Both the position numbers and the translations under genes were made by a program. The notes under the pieces are model-generated. The model was not told the DNA's origin. It did no database searches and worked only from the letters and a program-made list of their open reading frames with translations. 64,000 bases of DNA from Octopus sinensis. Taxonomy: Eukaryota. The stretch spans positions 32,364,001-32,428,000 of the forward strand of contig NC_043006.1 of assembly GCF_006345805.1 (NCBI RefSeq), read 5' to 3'. Position 1 is the first letter of the stretch, and the number at the start of each line of letters is the position of its first letter. Of the stretch, positions 14,333 through 27,800 are shown in pieces.

Positions 14333-14504
14333 TGTATATATATGTGTGTATGTATGTATGTATGTATGTATGTATGTATGTATGTATGTACGTACGTATG
14401 TATTTGCATATGTATATAAGCCTAGATATACCTACCTACACACGATGCAATATGTTCCGATACACTTAAACCAGTGCGAGCGTAATTTCAAAATTCTTGC
14501 CTTT
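14037..14504. repeat. Spacer-less palindrome centred on (TA)10
   Basis: Unique part 14037-14150 reads as the exact reverse complement of ~14390-14504; the internal (TACA)n and (TATC)n tracts are mirrored but differ in length; centre at 14290/14291. Confidence 0.95.
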
Positions 14505-14899
14505 TGCAATTGGAATGGTTTTTGCTCTTTTCTTTTCCTAATTCATTCCAATTGCCATTCAATTTTCCAGATCAATTTTCCTCATTGGCAAAGTCTTCAC
14601 AGAAAGCTAAGAATACATCCAGGATAATCAAAATATATTAGCAAATGCTCTCTCCGAGTTGTTTTTCACCTTTAGTAGACTGCGACAACGTTCTCTCTTG
14701 TAATCAACGTATAATGTTAAACACTCGATTCAGTAGAAAACATGTTGGAACAAACGTAATTGGAAAAGGAGAGAAATGAGATGAACGGAATGAAAGAGTG
14801 GAAGGAAGAGAGAAAAGAAAAAATCAAAAAAAGAAAGGATGAAAAAGGGAAAAGGACAAAAGAAAGAGAAAGAATGAAAATAAATAGAAAGGAAGATAG

Positions 14900-14915
14900 A
14901 TGTCTATATATATAT

Positions 14916-14951
<36 letters not shown>

Positions 14952-14952
14952 G

Positions 14953-15046
<94 letters not shown>

Positions 15047-15060
15047 ATATATATAATATA

Positions 15061-15122
<62 letters not shown>

Positions 15123-15142
15123 ATATATATATATATATATAA
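14900..15142. repeat. Long interrupted (TA)n microsatellite
   Basis: Direct reading. Confidence 0.97.
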
Positions 15143-15622
15143 GCGAGAGAGAGAAAGACTGAGAGAGGGAGAGAGAAATAAATTGATTGACAGATAGATA
15201 AAGAGATGGATAGAAAGAAAGAAAGAAAGAGAGTTAAAAAAAAAGTTGAGAAAGAATTCCGATAAATTTCAAAATGGAAGTAAAAGAAGTGGATGACTGA
15301 GATACTGTAAAGGGGATGGAGGGGGATTTGAAATGGCGGGGAAGGAATATAGGTGGGGGGGGGAGAACTAAGAGGGAAATTGTTCGGAGGAAAATGAGAA
15401 GAGAAATTGAAAGGAGGGAAGGTATGAGGGAGAGAAAGAGAGAAAGAGAGAGGGAGAGAGGAAGTAAGAGAGAGGGAGAGAGGGAGAAAGAGAGAGAGGG
15501 AGAGAGAGTAGGTTATATTGAGATAAGTATTTTATTCATTTTATTCACACTGATGAAAATAGTTATAATAGATGATGGTGCTGTGTGTGTGTGCGTGTGT
15601 GCGTGTATGTATGTGTGTATAA

Positions 15623-15653
<31 letters not shown>

Positions 15654-16297
15654 CGCGCGCGTGCGTGTGTGCGTGTATGTGTGTACTCACGACATGAAAC
15701 TATCGTTTTGTTCTGCTTCTTGTTACTGATTTGACGTATGAATTCTAAGACTACAGAAAACTCCTGTTTACTGCAATCATCCATTACTTTCAATGTTGTT
15801 GTTGTTGCTGCTGTTATTGTTGTTGTTGCTGTTGTTATTGTTACTTCTGTTATTGTTGCTGTTGTTTAGGCCCAAATCATCGCTGCCATCAGAGGAGCTC
15901 CAAACATACTAACCATTTGTTTTCCATGTTATGATGTATCTAGGATTGCATCCATTTTTATTTTTCAGACAGTCGGGTATAATTTGAAAATGATTTGGCT
16001 GCTTATTCTAACAGATCCATCAACCTCTTGCCTCGTTACATGTTGATCTTTATACTGTTACCTTCCTCGGTCAGTTAGTGTATCGTGATGAGAACACTTA
16101 CCTGGGTTTTCTCTCTTCAAGTCCCCACCTCATCATACAGCTACAAGGCAAGATTTTTCCAACGAGAAACTCTCCACCTTGCCCATCGGCCTGTTATATT
16201 TTCCAGCAAAATTTCCTTCAAATCTTATCCAAACTCATAAATACCAATGAATATACCGAATGAAGCAGCTTGAATATGAATAATACAGACACAATGA

Positions 16298-16672
16298 TGG
16301 AGGTGTGATTACGAAGCTCGCTTTACAACTACGTGTTTAGAGTTCAATCAGACTGCGTGGCACCTTGAGCAAGTGTCATATGCAGCCCCACGCCGACTAA
16401 TGCCTTCTCAGTGAATTTGGAGGATGAAAACTACTACAGCCCATCGTATGGTTATATGTGAGTCTTTGCGATTGTGTTTGTCTCCCATCACTACTTGAAA
16501 ACCTCTGTTGGTTTGTTTACATTCCTATATCTTAGCGGTTCGGCCCAAATGAACGATAGTATAAGTACCAAACTACAAAAAAATAAGTACTGGAGCTGAT
16601 TTGTTCGACAAAACCCTTCAAAGTGGTGCTCTAGCGTGGCCGCTGTCCACCGAGTGAATTAAGTAAAAGATA
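16298..16672 (+). mobile_element. SINE family B, old diverged copy
   Basis: CTGCGTGGCACCTTGAGCAAGTGTC, CTTAGCGGTTCGGC and GATAGTATAAGTAC motifs. Confidence 0.8.
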
Positions 16673-17112
16673 AACAGATTAAAACTAATGCCGGTCGAAT
16701 TTTGTGCGCCGCATAGGAATTTTTCTCGCAACATATGCGAATGAGAAAGTGTTGAAAGACACGATTGCATGAAACAAGTATAAACGTCCTAAAATGGCGT
16801 TTTCCAAAATTGTCTTACAAATTCAACCAAACAACCACATTTACAAAGATACCGCTTAAATATATGACACTGCTCGCACTGGAGACGTCGGACAGCGAAC
16901 CATTAACTTGGACTTGGAAGGAGCGATCTGAGAGGAAGGCACCTCAAACGTTTCGCAACAAGGATAAGAACGCATGGAAGCGATATTAACCCCCTTTCCA
17001 GAATCACTCTTCAGCACCGAATATATTTCAAAATGCCAAATGCTTCAAACATAAAAATTACTCGTATAAAAATGAATGTAGATCAGCTATAAAATACCCT
17101 AATAAAACAGTA

Positions 17113-17205
17113 ACGACATGGCTGTGTGGTAAGGAGTTTGCTTGTCAACCACATGGTTCCAGGTTCAGTCCTACTCTGTGGCACCTTGGGCTAGTGTCTT
17201 TTACT
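17113..17205 (+). mobile_element. SINE family B head fragment
   Basis: CATGGCTGTGTGGTAAGGAGTTTGC...GGTTCAGTCC...GGCACCTTGGG. Confidence 0.85.
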
Positions 17206-17835
17206 GAGAGAAGCCTATTATCCACATGAGAAGATAGCTGTTGTTAGATGAAGCGAATAACTCAACATTGATAAGTCTAATGAAATTAATGAGTGATTAT
17301 CTGTGTAACCACATAAAGAAACAATTAAAAGCCCCATTATTATTAAACTAACTTCCCACAAAAATAATACTTTCATAGTATTTGGTAGAGTTGCTCTTTT
17401 GTCAACAGACACAATTTATGAGTTAAGAAACACTTATCATAATATTTTTTTTGTTTTTTATTTCTGTGTATGTTTTATTACTTTTTTCTTGTTTACTTTT
17501 TCTCTTGACTCATTACTGTCAATTTTACTTCAATGTAGAATGATTCTGATCTCTATCTGTCCGTCTGTCTGTCTTCACACACACGTGCACGCGCGCACGC
17601 GCACACACATATGCGTGTCCGTGTGTCACGGTATGAGTTTATCTTTACAGCATTGTTCATGTTGTGTCTATTTATGTCCTATAAACTGGCAATTCAATAA
17701 ACAGGAGTCTATGAAATAAGGACCATGTTCCTGATATAATTAATTAAACTCTTAGAGGCGGTGCCAAACCATCTTTACAGCCAAAGAACCGAACTTTATA
17801 AACAAATATATATATATATATATATATACATATGT

Positions 17836-17901
<66 letters not shown>

Positions 17902-17923
17902 GGGGCAGAGAGATAAATACATA

Positions 17924-19158
17924 CAGGGGTTGGACAAAATTTGAAGCAAATTGATTTTAATATAGGTAGGACCGCCTTTGGCAGTAATTACAGCTTGAAT
18001 TCTACGAGGTATGGACTCGTACAAAGTCTGAATTGTTTCCAAAGGAATTTTTGTCCATTCTTCAGCTAAAACAGTTTCCAATTCTTGTAATGATGATGGT
18101 GGGGGATAGCGACTCCTTGTTTTTCTAAAATGCACCGTAACTGTTCCAATAATATTGAGATCTGGAGACTGTGGTGGCCAGGTAAGTTGTTCAACTTCAC
18201 TAGAATGTTCCTCGTGCCATTCAGTAACAATTTTAGCTGTGCGAATTAGTGCATTATCATCCTGAAAGACTGCGTTTCATTCCGGAAACAGTTCTGCAAC
18301 CATAGGATGAATTTGATCAGATAAAATATTTAAATAGGCTTGACTATTAATTCTGCCATGCAGGGAAACAATTGGGCCGGCGGATTTCCAAGATATAGCC
18401 TACCCCGCCCAGATCATCACAGATCCTTCTCCATGTTTAACAGTTGGAAGAAGGCAGTCTGGGACAAAGGCTTCTTTTGGCTGTCTCCATACGTCTACTC
18501 AGCCAGTGGTCGGAAATAAGGTAAAGGATGACTCGTTCGAGAAAATAACAATCTTTCACTGCTCTAGGGACCAATTCTGTAGGTTTTTACTCCACTCTAA
18601 ACGCTTTGCAACGTTTGTTTTCGAAAGTAGTGGTTTTCCGATTGCACCCCTCCCGTGAAATCCGGTTTTGTGCAGCTCCCGATGAACAGTTTTTGTGGAA
18701 ACTGGGTACTCGAGATGGTCTTTAATTTTAAGAGCTGTACTTTTTTTTATCCTTTCTCACGATTCGCGTAAGAGTCCGACAGTCCCTATCTGAAAGTTTT
18801 GGTTTTCTTCCAGAGTTTTGTTTCGGCGAGGAGGGTTTTTCCCTCTTTCTCAAAGGTTATAACTTTCGAGACAGTACTTCTTGATACACCAAACATTTCG
18901 GCTGTTTTTGTTACGCTAGTAACTGCTATTCGAGCACCAACAATCTGACCTCTTTGAAAGTCCGATAGATCTGTCATTTTAATGAATTTTAATTACCTTT
19001 TTCTGATGATATCTGAAAAGAAACAGCAATTTTAGCAAAACATATTAAGCAACACTAAAAATAAAAAAAAAAACGTAAAAATAAACAAGCTTTTGACGGT
19101 TTTATAGATATTTCAAAATTATGATGCTAGGTGTTTCCATTATTCTGTCCAATCCATG
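17924..19158 (-). mobile_element. Decayed Tc1-family DNA transposon
   Basis: TA flanks; termini CAGGGGTTGGACAAAAT / rc CATGGATTGGACAGAAT; frameshifted transposase from 18977 (MTDLSDFQRGQIVG..GVSRSTVSKV) through IFSNESS, FQDDNA, WPPQSPDLNII to LYESIPRRIQAVITAKGGPT. Confidence 0.93.
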
Positions 19159-19331
19159 TATATATGCATTTTATGCATATATTACGATATATATATGCAT
19201 GCATTCTTATGTGCATATGTGCATATGTGTATGAATCCTACACTTATTTTTATGGTGATGGTGATGATGATGACGACGACGACGATGATGAAAAAAGATG
19301 GCCGACATCACTACTACCACCAAGAATATTC

Positions 19332-19542
19332 AGTTCTACTATAGGCACAACGCTGAAATTTTTGGGGAGAGAGCCAGTCAATTAGATCAACCCCAGTATG
19401 CAACTAGTACTTAATTTATCGACCCCTAAAAGATGGAAAGCAAAGTCGACCTCGGCGGAATTTGAACTCATAACGTGGAAACGGACAAAGTATCGCCAAA
19501 CATCTCGCCTGGCGTGCTAACGATTCTGCCATCTCGCCACCT
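19332..19542 (-). mobile_element. SINE family A
   Basis: Reverse complement of the full family A sequence. Confidence 0.9.
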
Positions 19543-19948
19543 TATCACCAATAATACCAATAACAACAACAGGAACTTTAAAAGCGTGAATACCGACAAA
19601 AGACGGAATAAGGGGGAAGATTAAATCTAGTTTTCATGGGATGCGTAGTTGGACGAATCAATAACATGTTGATGATGATGACAACCTCATTAACGAGTAG
19701 AACAAGAATAGAAAGTGGAGTGAAAGATGTAAGTTGCTTTATATGTATTTGTAGGGTGGAGAAATTAAGGGATCAGGATTGATACGAGGTGGGAGGAATG
19801 AGTAGCAAATGAAAAAAAGAAATTGTATTTGTGTGCGTCAAATTGATAAATAGGGCAAAACCTTGTGTTATAATGGTTTTTAGGAGATGTAAAAATAAAA
19901 GACTGAAGAATAGGAAAGGATTTAGAAGGTAGCTAGAGATTGAGAGAG

Positions 19949-19970
19949 ATAGATAGATAGATAGATAGAT

Positions 19971-20041
<71 letters not shown>
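19949..20041. repeat. (GATA)n/(GA)n microsatellite
   Basis: Direct reading. Confidence 0.96.
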
Positions 20042-20045
<4 letters not shown>

Positions 20046-20913
20046 ATGGAATAATTAGAAAGGAAATCTACTTCTAAAGAGAGAGAACATAACCGAAGCT
20101 GAAAACATATGTTTCGGAAGATGTTTAAGCGAAGGACATATCGAAAGGATGTAGATAAAGCTAAGAGGTTCGGTGTTTTGTTTTCAACAACATATATCGG
20201 AATTCTTCGGAATTCTATTCCAGTGAAGGACATAATCTGGAAGTGCTTTCTATCATAGCCTGAAGCTGTGCAATATTTTGTGCCTAAACAATATTTTGTA
20301 CCTACATGAAATCTGTAAGGAAGAGCGTCATGCGCGCCTGCGCTACCATCCGTGTGTTTGTGTGTATGTGTGTGGGTGGGTGGGTCTGTTTGCGCGTTCG
20401 TGCGTGCATGTCGGTCGGCTTGTCATGTAAAAGAGTATATTCATGTCGGTTCAGTTATTCAATATCACCTCGTTACCCGCTTTGCATTTCCATGTCACAC
20501 AAAAGAAATAAAAAAAGGATAAAATCCGCACCAATGTAAGTATAAAAGTCTGTAACCGATTTTGCCAACAGGGGAAGCGCTACGTAGCCAATTCTCCCTC
20601 AAATCACACCATACTGATTTAAAGCAAAACAAATATACATTAGAAAATATAGTCTTGGATATAGAAATATACATATTAATCAGAGATGGAATGAAAATAG
20701 TTATCAATGTCAGCGAAAACATTATCAGTGAAAATATTATTAGTGAAAACAGAAACATTATCAATTCAAGGAAATTTTTCTTGTCAACTGTCTGCAAGGC
20801 TTCTAACAGCGTCCGATTCTAAAACAAAGTGTTGTAATTCCCTTTCACTATAGCTCTGATAAAGCAAACATATGATCAATGATATTCCAGTTAAGACAAT
20901 CATCTATCTAGAA

Positions 20914-21568
20914 TAGTGTTTCTCAACCATTTTTTTATCTCTAGACCCCTTAGATTCCTATTCTATTCGTATGGACCCTACTAGCCAGTCTGTGTTTCAA
21001 AAATCCTATTATATTTTTTAAAATTACGAATTATTTTGTTAAGGTTATTTCTACAGATATTCTATAGAACTTATTCCCATCACTGAATTTTGCTACAACG
21101 TTTCGTATCGAGATGTCAAATGTAAACAAACAATGAGATCGAAGACAAAAATGAGTAAAGAGTGTATCTGCCATATCTCGGGGGTTGTAACCCCTTCTTC
21201 AGCGATCATCCAACCCTCCACTCCCTCCGAATATATTGCTTATACACCCACTGCATACAGCGGGGTTAAGTTATTAGATATACCAATTTACATATTAGAT
21301 GCATTTCTGGGATTGGTATGTAAGCATTAAAAATTTGTAAAGAGCAATGCTGACACAATGGAAAGTGGTACTGACTTAAAACATTTAGTATACCTTACAA
21401 TATATTGTGTTTACATAATGAAGTAACATTTACCTACAAATCTTTTAATGTTGGGAAATAATTTTAAAAATCGTTAAACGTATTTTGTGCCTTTTAGAAA
21501 TAAAGCCAATTTATCGTACATAAATTTTAACAACAGAATCTTATATGAATCCAGGTTATGAAACCCTG
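20914..21568. mobile_element. hAT (Charlie/Buster-type) non-autonomous element
   Basis: TIRs TAGTGTTTCTCAACC / GGTTATGAAACCCTG; 8-bp TSD ATCTAGAA / GTCTAGAA (7/8), matching the NTCTAGAN target consensus of Charlie/Buster hATs. Confidence 0.85.
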
Positions 21569-22726
21569 GTCTAGAACGACATCGTGCAATGTGTCTATTA
21601 ATTTTAAAGGCGGCAGGATTTAACTGGAGGTTCTTTGGCTGCTATATTTAGTAAATCAAGCAATCGCTTTGATGCTCCCTCGTTGACTCTCATATGCTTA
21701 TTGTTGTTGTTGTTGTATAAACCCAAGGCCAATTTTAATCAAGAAAGCCTATTATGAAAAACGTCCCAGCTGTAACCCACATTTTATTCAAACATATCTA
21801 TCAAAGTCTACAAGTGGTATTCTCTGTTTCTTTCTAAAACTGTATTTGACTGATATTTCTAGTAGGTCGAACGACCATATTGTGAGTCTTTTACTGGTTT
21901 GTCACCGAAAACGAAAGAGCAACAATGATAACAGAAACTTAACAGTGAAAGAATATGTGCCACGCAACATAGAAAGAGTCAATATTGTAACCTACATATG
22001 TTTGATAATCAATATTCTTACAATCCGCTACGACACATTATTCAGTAATTTGATTGAAAATATGACGTTTGTACCGAATTATAGGTTCGATAACAATAGT
22101 AATTGCAGTAGCATTCATTTTTAATAGCCACCAAGCTTACTTTATAATTTACACAACTATATATATAATGAAACTTAACTCGACAGCCTTAGCATTGTTT
22201 TCATTCTAATTTATACAAGTCGACATAAAATCAAACTAATCACAACATAGAAATTTCCGTTGCTGGAAAAAGTATTAACACCATCAGAAAATTACTTTAT
22301 GATTGAAGAACTAAAGAACTGAGAGAAATGAACTCTTTTCTTTTCTTTCTTTATTTATCTGTTTATTTATTTATTTATTTACTTCATTTCCTAATCACGA
22401 AGAAACACGTACGAATCTAACAAAAACTGGAAAAACAATGTCTCTAAGGAAAGATTAAAAATTATACGGAGAAGATACTAGCATAGCGAGATATTGCAGG
22501 TATATAACAAAATGTACTTTTAATAGTTGAGCAAAACATTAGACGTGCACAACAGAAAAGAAAGTGCGCTGCGATCAATTGTGCAGTGATTACAATGCAA
22601 TCTAGGGAAAAAACTATTAAGGAGGCGGTCAGGCAGAATAGTTAGTATGCCAGACAAAATATCTAGAGGCATTTCGTCCAAGGCATTATTCTGACGATTC
22701 TGCCAGCTCGTCCACCCCACTTGCTA

Positions 22727-22769
<43 letters not shown>

Positions 22770-22793
22770 TAATAATAATAATAATAATAATAA

Positions 22794-23304
22794 TATGGAA
22801 TTGACAGAGCAAGAAATTGGTACGACCACAAACCTGAAGGCATTGTCGAAAATAGAAATGCGAACATCCTATAGGATTTTATGATTCAGTGCGACCATGA
22901 TATTGAGAATAGGAAACCGGACATGGTTTTAATTGAGAAAGAAAACAAACTATGTTAGATCATAGACATAGCATGCCCAGCTGACAACAAGGTATGCGAT
23001 AAGAAAGAAAGAAAAGTCGAGAGATATGACGAGTTAGCTTGGGAGTTTAAGCAGTTGTGGTCGATGAACAAGGTGGTAGTAGTACCAATAACTGTCGGAG
23101 GCCTGGGAATAGTGAGTAAAAATTACGAGAAGTACATGGAACAAATAGGGGCTACGATAAAAGTGGAGCATTTACAGAAAACAGCACTGCTTGGAACCGC
23201 TCGAATACTCCGGATGGTGTTAAAAAATAAGGGGTGTTACATTAGTCCACCGTTAGTGATCAACTGGCACCGTAGTACATCTCCAGCGTTAGAAGCTGTG
23301 CAAA
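22794..23304 (+). mobile_element. R4/Dong-clade non-LTR retrotransposon 3' fragment (restriction-like endonuclease) inside (TAA)n
   Basis: WYDHKPEGIVEN..IL*DFMIQCDH..RKPDMVL..IIDIACPAD..KVERY..VVPITVGGLG..LQKTALLGTARILR; in-frame stops; (TAA)n on both sides. Confidence 0.9.
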
Positions 23305-23323
23305 TAAATAAATAATAATGATG

Positions 23324-23392
<69 letters not shown>

Positions 23393-23967
23393 GTGCGCTG
23401 ATGCAGTATAAATGCCCTGATGCAGTACCAGACATTGACTCTCATGGCTGCTGATCTTAATTGGTTGGAAGTGTTATCATGTACATTGTTTTGTCTTGGT
23501 ATAAAAGATGGGCTACAGCAAATATTCTGCTCAATACCACAGATTTGCTTGTCAGTTGTTTGACATTAACCAGTTGACCATGTCCTTTAGTGGCTGATGA
23601 TATGTGCATCTCTGATCATGAGCAGAAGAAGTAGTGAAGCATCATAGCCGTGTGTTGAGAGGAATTCTTAGAGGTTTGGATAATTCACCTTTGGAAACTT
23701 GGGTGTTTCGTTCAACATCCTTAAACAATCCTTATTCAGGGACCTTTTGAGCGGGATGGGCTACTCGACCAGAAGAAAATTCTAACTGGGCCCCACCTGC
23801 AAGGTCATGCGCTGTTTGTCTTGATATGAGATCACCATGTCGCGCACATTTGGTTGTGATGCATGTGCCTGGTGTACCCTTATCAGACGGGTAGTCATGA
23901 TGGGTATACTGGGTTTCGTATATTTTACCCCAGTGTCACTTTGATGACATGCACTGCTCTCTCACTC
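23393..23967 (+). mobile_element. 575-bp non-coding repeat nested in (TAA)n (candidate non-autonomous Dong partner)
   Basis: Sharp boundaries against (TAA)n on both sides; no recognisable ORF or tRNA head; recalled as an abundant octopus repeat. Strand inferred from TAA polarity. Confidence 0.55.
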
Positions 23968-24045
<78 letters not shown>

Positions 24046-24046
<1 letters not shown>

Positions 24047-24588
24047 CCAACATTATGGAATAACAACAGAAAAAAGATGGTATAGGCACACACCAGAAAA
24101 GGTCACAGAAAACGAGAAAGCAACCATACTCTGGGATATGCCGATACACACAGATAGAGAAATTAAGGCCAACAGACCAGATATAGTTGTCAGAGATCAT
24201 GAAGAAAAAAAAATGCTTTCTAATTGATGTATCAATACCGGCAGATGACAACGTGTCTCTAAAAGAAATGGAGAAACTCTCAAAATACAAAGACCTGGAA
24301 ATAGAGGTAACTAGAATGTGGAATCTGAAAACAGAAACAATTCCTATCATAGTAGGTGCATTATGCATGATAAAAAAATATTCAGACAAATACATAACAA
24401 AACACCAGGACTTACAAACACATATAACATACAGAAAATTGCACTACTAGGCACTGCACACATCCTACGCAGAACACTTTCCATACAATAACCATCAGAG
24501 CATCACAACAAATCACAGCACATACCCAAGGCACACAGAGCTGCGCTTGGTAGTGAAGTGAAAGCACGCTATAAAAATAAAACTACTG
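24046..24588 (+). mobile_element. R4/Dong-clade LINE 3' fragment with 3' UTR, inside (TAA)n
   Basis: WYRHTPEKVTENEKATILWDMPIHTDREIKANRPDIVV..CFLIDVSIPAD..EKLSKYKDLEIE..IPIIVGAL..IALLGTAHILRR; (TAA)n on both sides. Confidence 0.92.
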
Positions 24589-24604
24589 AATAATAATAAT
24601 AATA

Positions 24605-24658
<54 letters not shown>

Positions 24659-24677
24659 TAATAATAATAATAATAAT

Positions 24678-24890
24678 GGTCTCAAATTTTGCCACAAGGG
24701 CAGCCATTTTGGAGGAGGGGATTTGTCGATTACATCGACTTCAATTTCAACTGGTATTTAATTTATCGACCCCGAAAAGATGAAAGGCGAAGTCGACTTT
24801 GGTGGAATTTGAATTAAGAACGTAGCGGTAGACGAAATACCGCTAAGTATTTCGCCCGGCGTGCTAACGATTCTGCCAGCTCGCCGCCTT
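24678..24890 (-). mobile_element. SINE family A
   Basis: Reverse complement of full family A; flanked by (TAA)n. Confidence 0.92.
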
Positions 24891-25303
24891 AAATAAAAAT
24901 AACTACAACAGCAATAATAATGATAATAATAATAATAATAATAATAAATAATAATAATAATAATAATAATAATGATGCAGTATACATCTGATACTAAATG
25001 ATTATATATACCAACAACAGAAAGTGGTGAATGACTGTTAACCCCCGAGGTATTTACTGATAATGGTTACGACCATTCCTAATTAATAGACAGACTGCTA
25101 CGTATCTATGCTAGCAAAACGATTAAAACTCTTACAATGAAATAGTTTCAAAGAGCCAAAATGTCAATATATATTAGCAACAACAGCTTAATTGCTAATG
25201 ACACAGAAACCAACTGTGTTGAACGACCATAAAGGCATGTTTTTGCGTTTTCATCAGCTATATGTCTAGTATCCATCTTACAGTAATAATAATAGTAATA
25301 GTA

Positions 25304-25372
<69 letters not shown>

Positions 25373-27439
25373 CTTGTATCCTCGTATGTTGTAACGATGT
25401 ATTCTTACGCCACGCTATTGGAAAACAGGGAAACACGAACTAATAACAAATAGGTGCTAAAGTTGTTTTTACGCATAAACTCCAGATCCGCAGACAGGAA
25501 TGTACCAAAAAGGCTTGTGCGCCGAAACGGAGAGGCGGATACGTAAGCGGTAAATAAGCATAAGAACTATTTTCAAATGCGAATTGCTGAGCGATTTAAA
25601 GTGTATGCGCGTGTGCGTACGAGCGTGTGTTTGTGTGTGTGTTTGTGTGTGTGTCGGTATGCATGGAAATGTGTATGTAATAGAAATGAAGGACAAATGC
25701 AAACTCTTGGAGCAAATGAGAAAAATTTGAGCCTGGCTTCAGAATTTCCCGTCTGTTGACCAATCAATATGATTTTAATCTGCGAGATAGAAAAATGAAA
25801 GCGATGCCCGAACTCTAAGGAACATGGCATTATTATGTTTAATGCTATTTCAAAAGAAAATTTCATTAAAATTGTCAAATTCTAAGAAATATATTATCGG
25901 TTTAGAACATATTTTAGTATATGAAAAATTCGAATTCTCCTGTAAATGGGTAAAGTGAGTTGCCTATATGAAGACTGCATGCAGCTTTACCTCTGCATTT
26001 CCCTTCCGCTCGCTTCCCAAGGCCATTTTGTGGGTGTGGTGACAGAAGGAAAAGTACATAGAAAACCAGCTATATTGTAGCTTTGCTTGTTCAGATTTTA
26101 GCGATAAGAAATTGTTTAAGTAGCAGTCAGGATCGCTATTTTTCTAATAAAGAAAAAAAAAACCCAAATAAAAAACAAAAGCAAGTATCGGAATTGAGCT
26201 TTCTCGTAAAGACACATGAATAAATCCAACTCTTGTCTGGATGAGCAATTCAATCTAAATAGGTTGAAAGAAGTAATGATATTCACCATTAATTATATTG
26301 AAAGAAATTTTCACAAATTTGTTCACAATATAGAAGACAACTGTTATCCCTGTCGAAGAGTATTTCATGAAAAAATACAACAAACTGTATGAAGATATCT
26401 GACACTAGTTCCGACAAAATATGCATGGAGTCACGACACGGCAGTAAAGCTACATTATCATATATCTAGCCACGTAATTTTAATTGCTTCATGGGAACCT
26501 CTGTAGCACCGATATAAACATTCCCCTGTCTTTGAAAATGACTATGTGAAAATAATACTGGAACTTTAGTATATGGAACTGTAGATTACCACTCCTGATA
26601 CGTTTTAAAATGACAATGATGAGATTAACTTACTAATTATCCACATAGGAATACGAAACTAACTTTGTTTTGCAGAAGCAAGCTGACAACCCAAGTAATT
26701 ACATCGATCAAGCTATTAAATTAAGAAATGATAGTCAAAAATATATTTGCCATACTTGATTGGTACAACTTGAATGAAATAACTCCTGTAGAGGCATTGA
26801 TATTACGACTGGAGATAAGCAAGGATATTTAGTAAAGATTCATATAGAATTTAATGAAGAAAAACAAAACTCCGAAAATTTCTGAACTTTAATCTTTTGT
26901 CGTTGAGAGTCAATACTTCAGCGAGGACAAAAGAATCTACAATGATATGTATACAACATTTAGGATGAGGGCGTTTTGAATTGCTCGTTAAAATAAAATG
27001 TTAGAAAAAGGAATTTTAAGTGCTAGGTGTATAAGAAATTTATTTTAATTTTCAAATCACAAGCTATGCGTAAATAGCTCTAATTACAAATAGGACAGCA
27101 AAATTAAATCTTATTTGTTTTCGATATGGCTTTATAGAAATATGAACTTCAGGTGAATGTAGATATTAAAAATCAAATTGTCATTCATTATAAAGTAGGC
27201 TTGACATATTCGTAAATCCACAACTTAATGAGAAAGGAAATATCTATTTCTCTGCCAATTAACAAGAGGAGTTGAGCCGAGACATTGAAACCCATCCGCC
27301 CAAGACCAGTTTTTACGTACCTTGTCATATGATTTGAATCTTCGTGACTGCAAAAACAAATAGTTGCAATTCTGTTGTGTCTGGGGAGAGTCATTCTTTT
27401 TTAGTGCCTTATTAGTTGCAATGTTCTCCAAAAAGTTTT

Positions 27440-27800
27440 GTAAGCCTTTTGCATCATTAGCAAGTAACTAGGCCTTTGCTACCAACATTCCTTATCCTAG
27501 TTTTGGGTCTGGCTATATTTGAAGAACTGCAGTCAGGAGCAGCACAAAGATTATACCAAATAATGTCGAAGCAAGAACACATCCTTATTTAGTATTTCGA
27601 ATTCTTTGGACATAGTTCCGTCACACGGCTCGGTGCCCATCATTCCTTCATGGAAAGATCTTATGATGCTTAGAAACCAAGATGGACAACATTTAAGTAG
27701 TAACAACTTAAATAAACCGTTTCTACTGATGAGATTAAAAGTTTTCGTGAGGTTAATGCATACCAAGTACTGTGGCTTGTTCAGTGAAACTATAGAAACA
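27440..27800 (-). pseudogene. RTE-clade LINE reverse-transcriptase fragment
   Basis: YLVCINLTKTFNLISRNGLFKLL..CPSWFLSIIRSFHEGMMGT..DG, then (frameshifted) GCVLASTLFGIIF and LLANDA, matching RTE/BovB RT domains 3-5. Confidence 0.85.
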
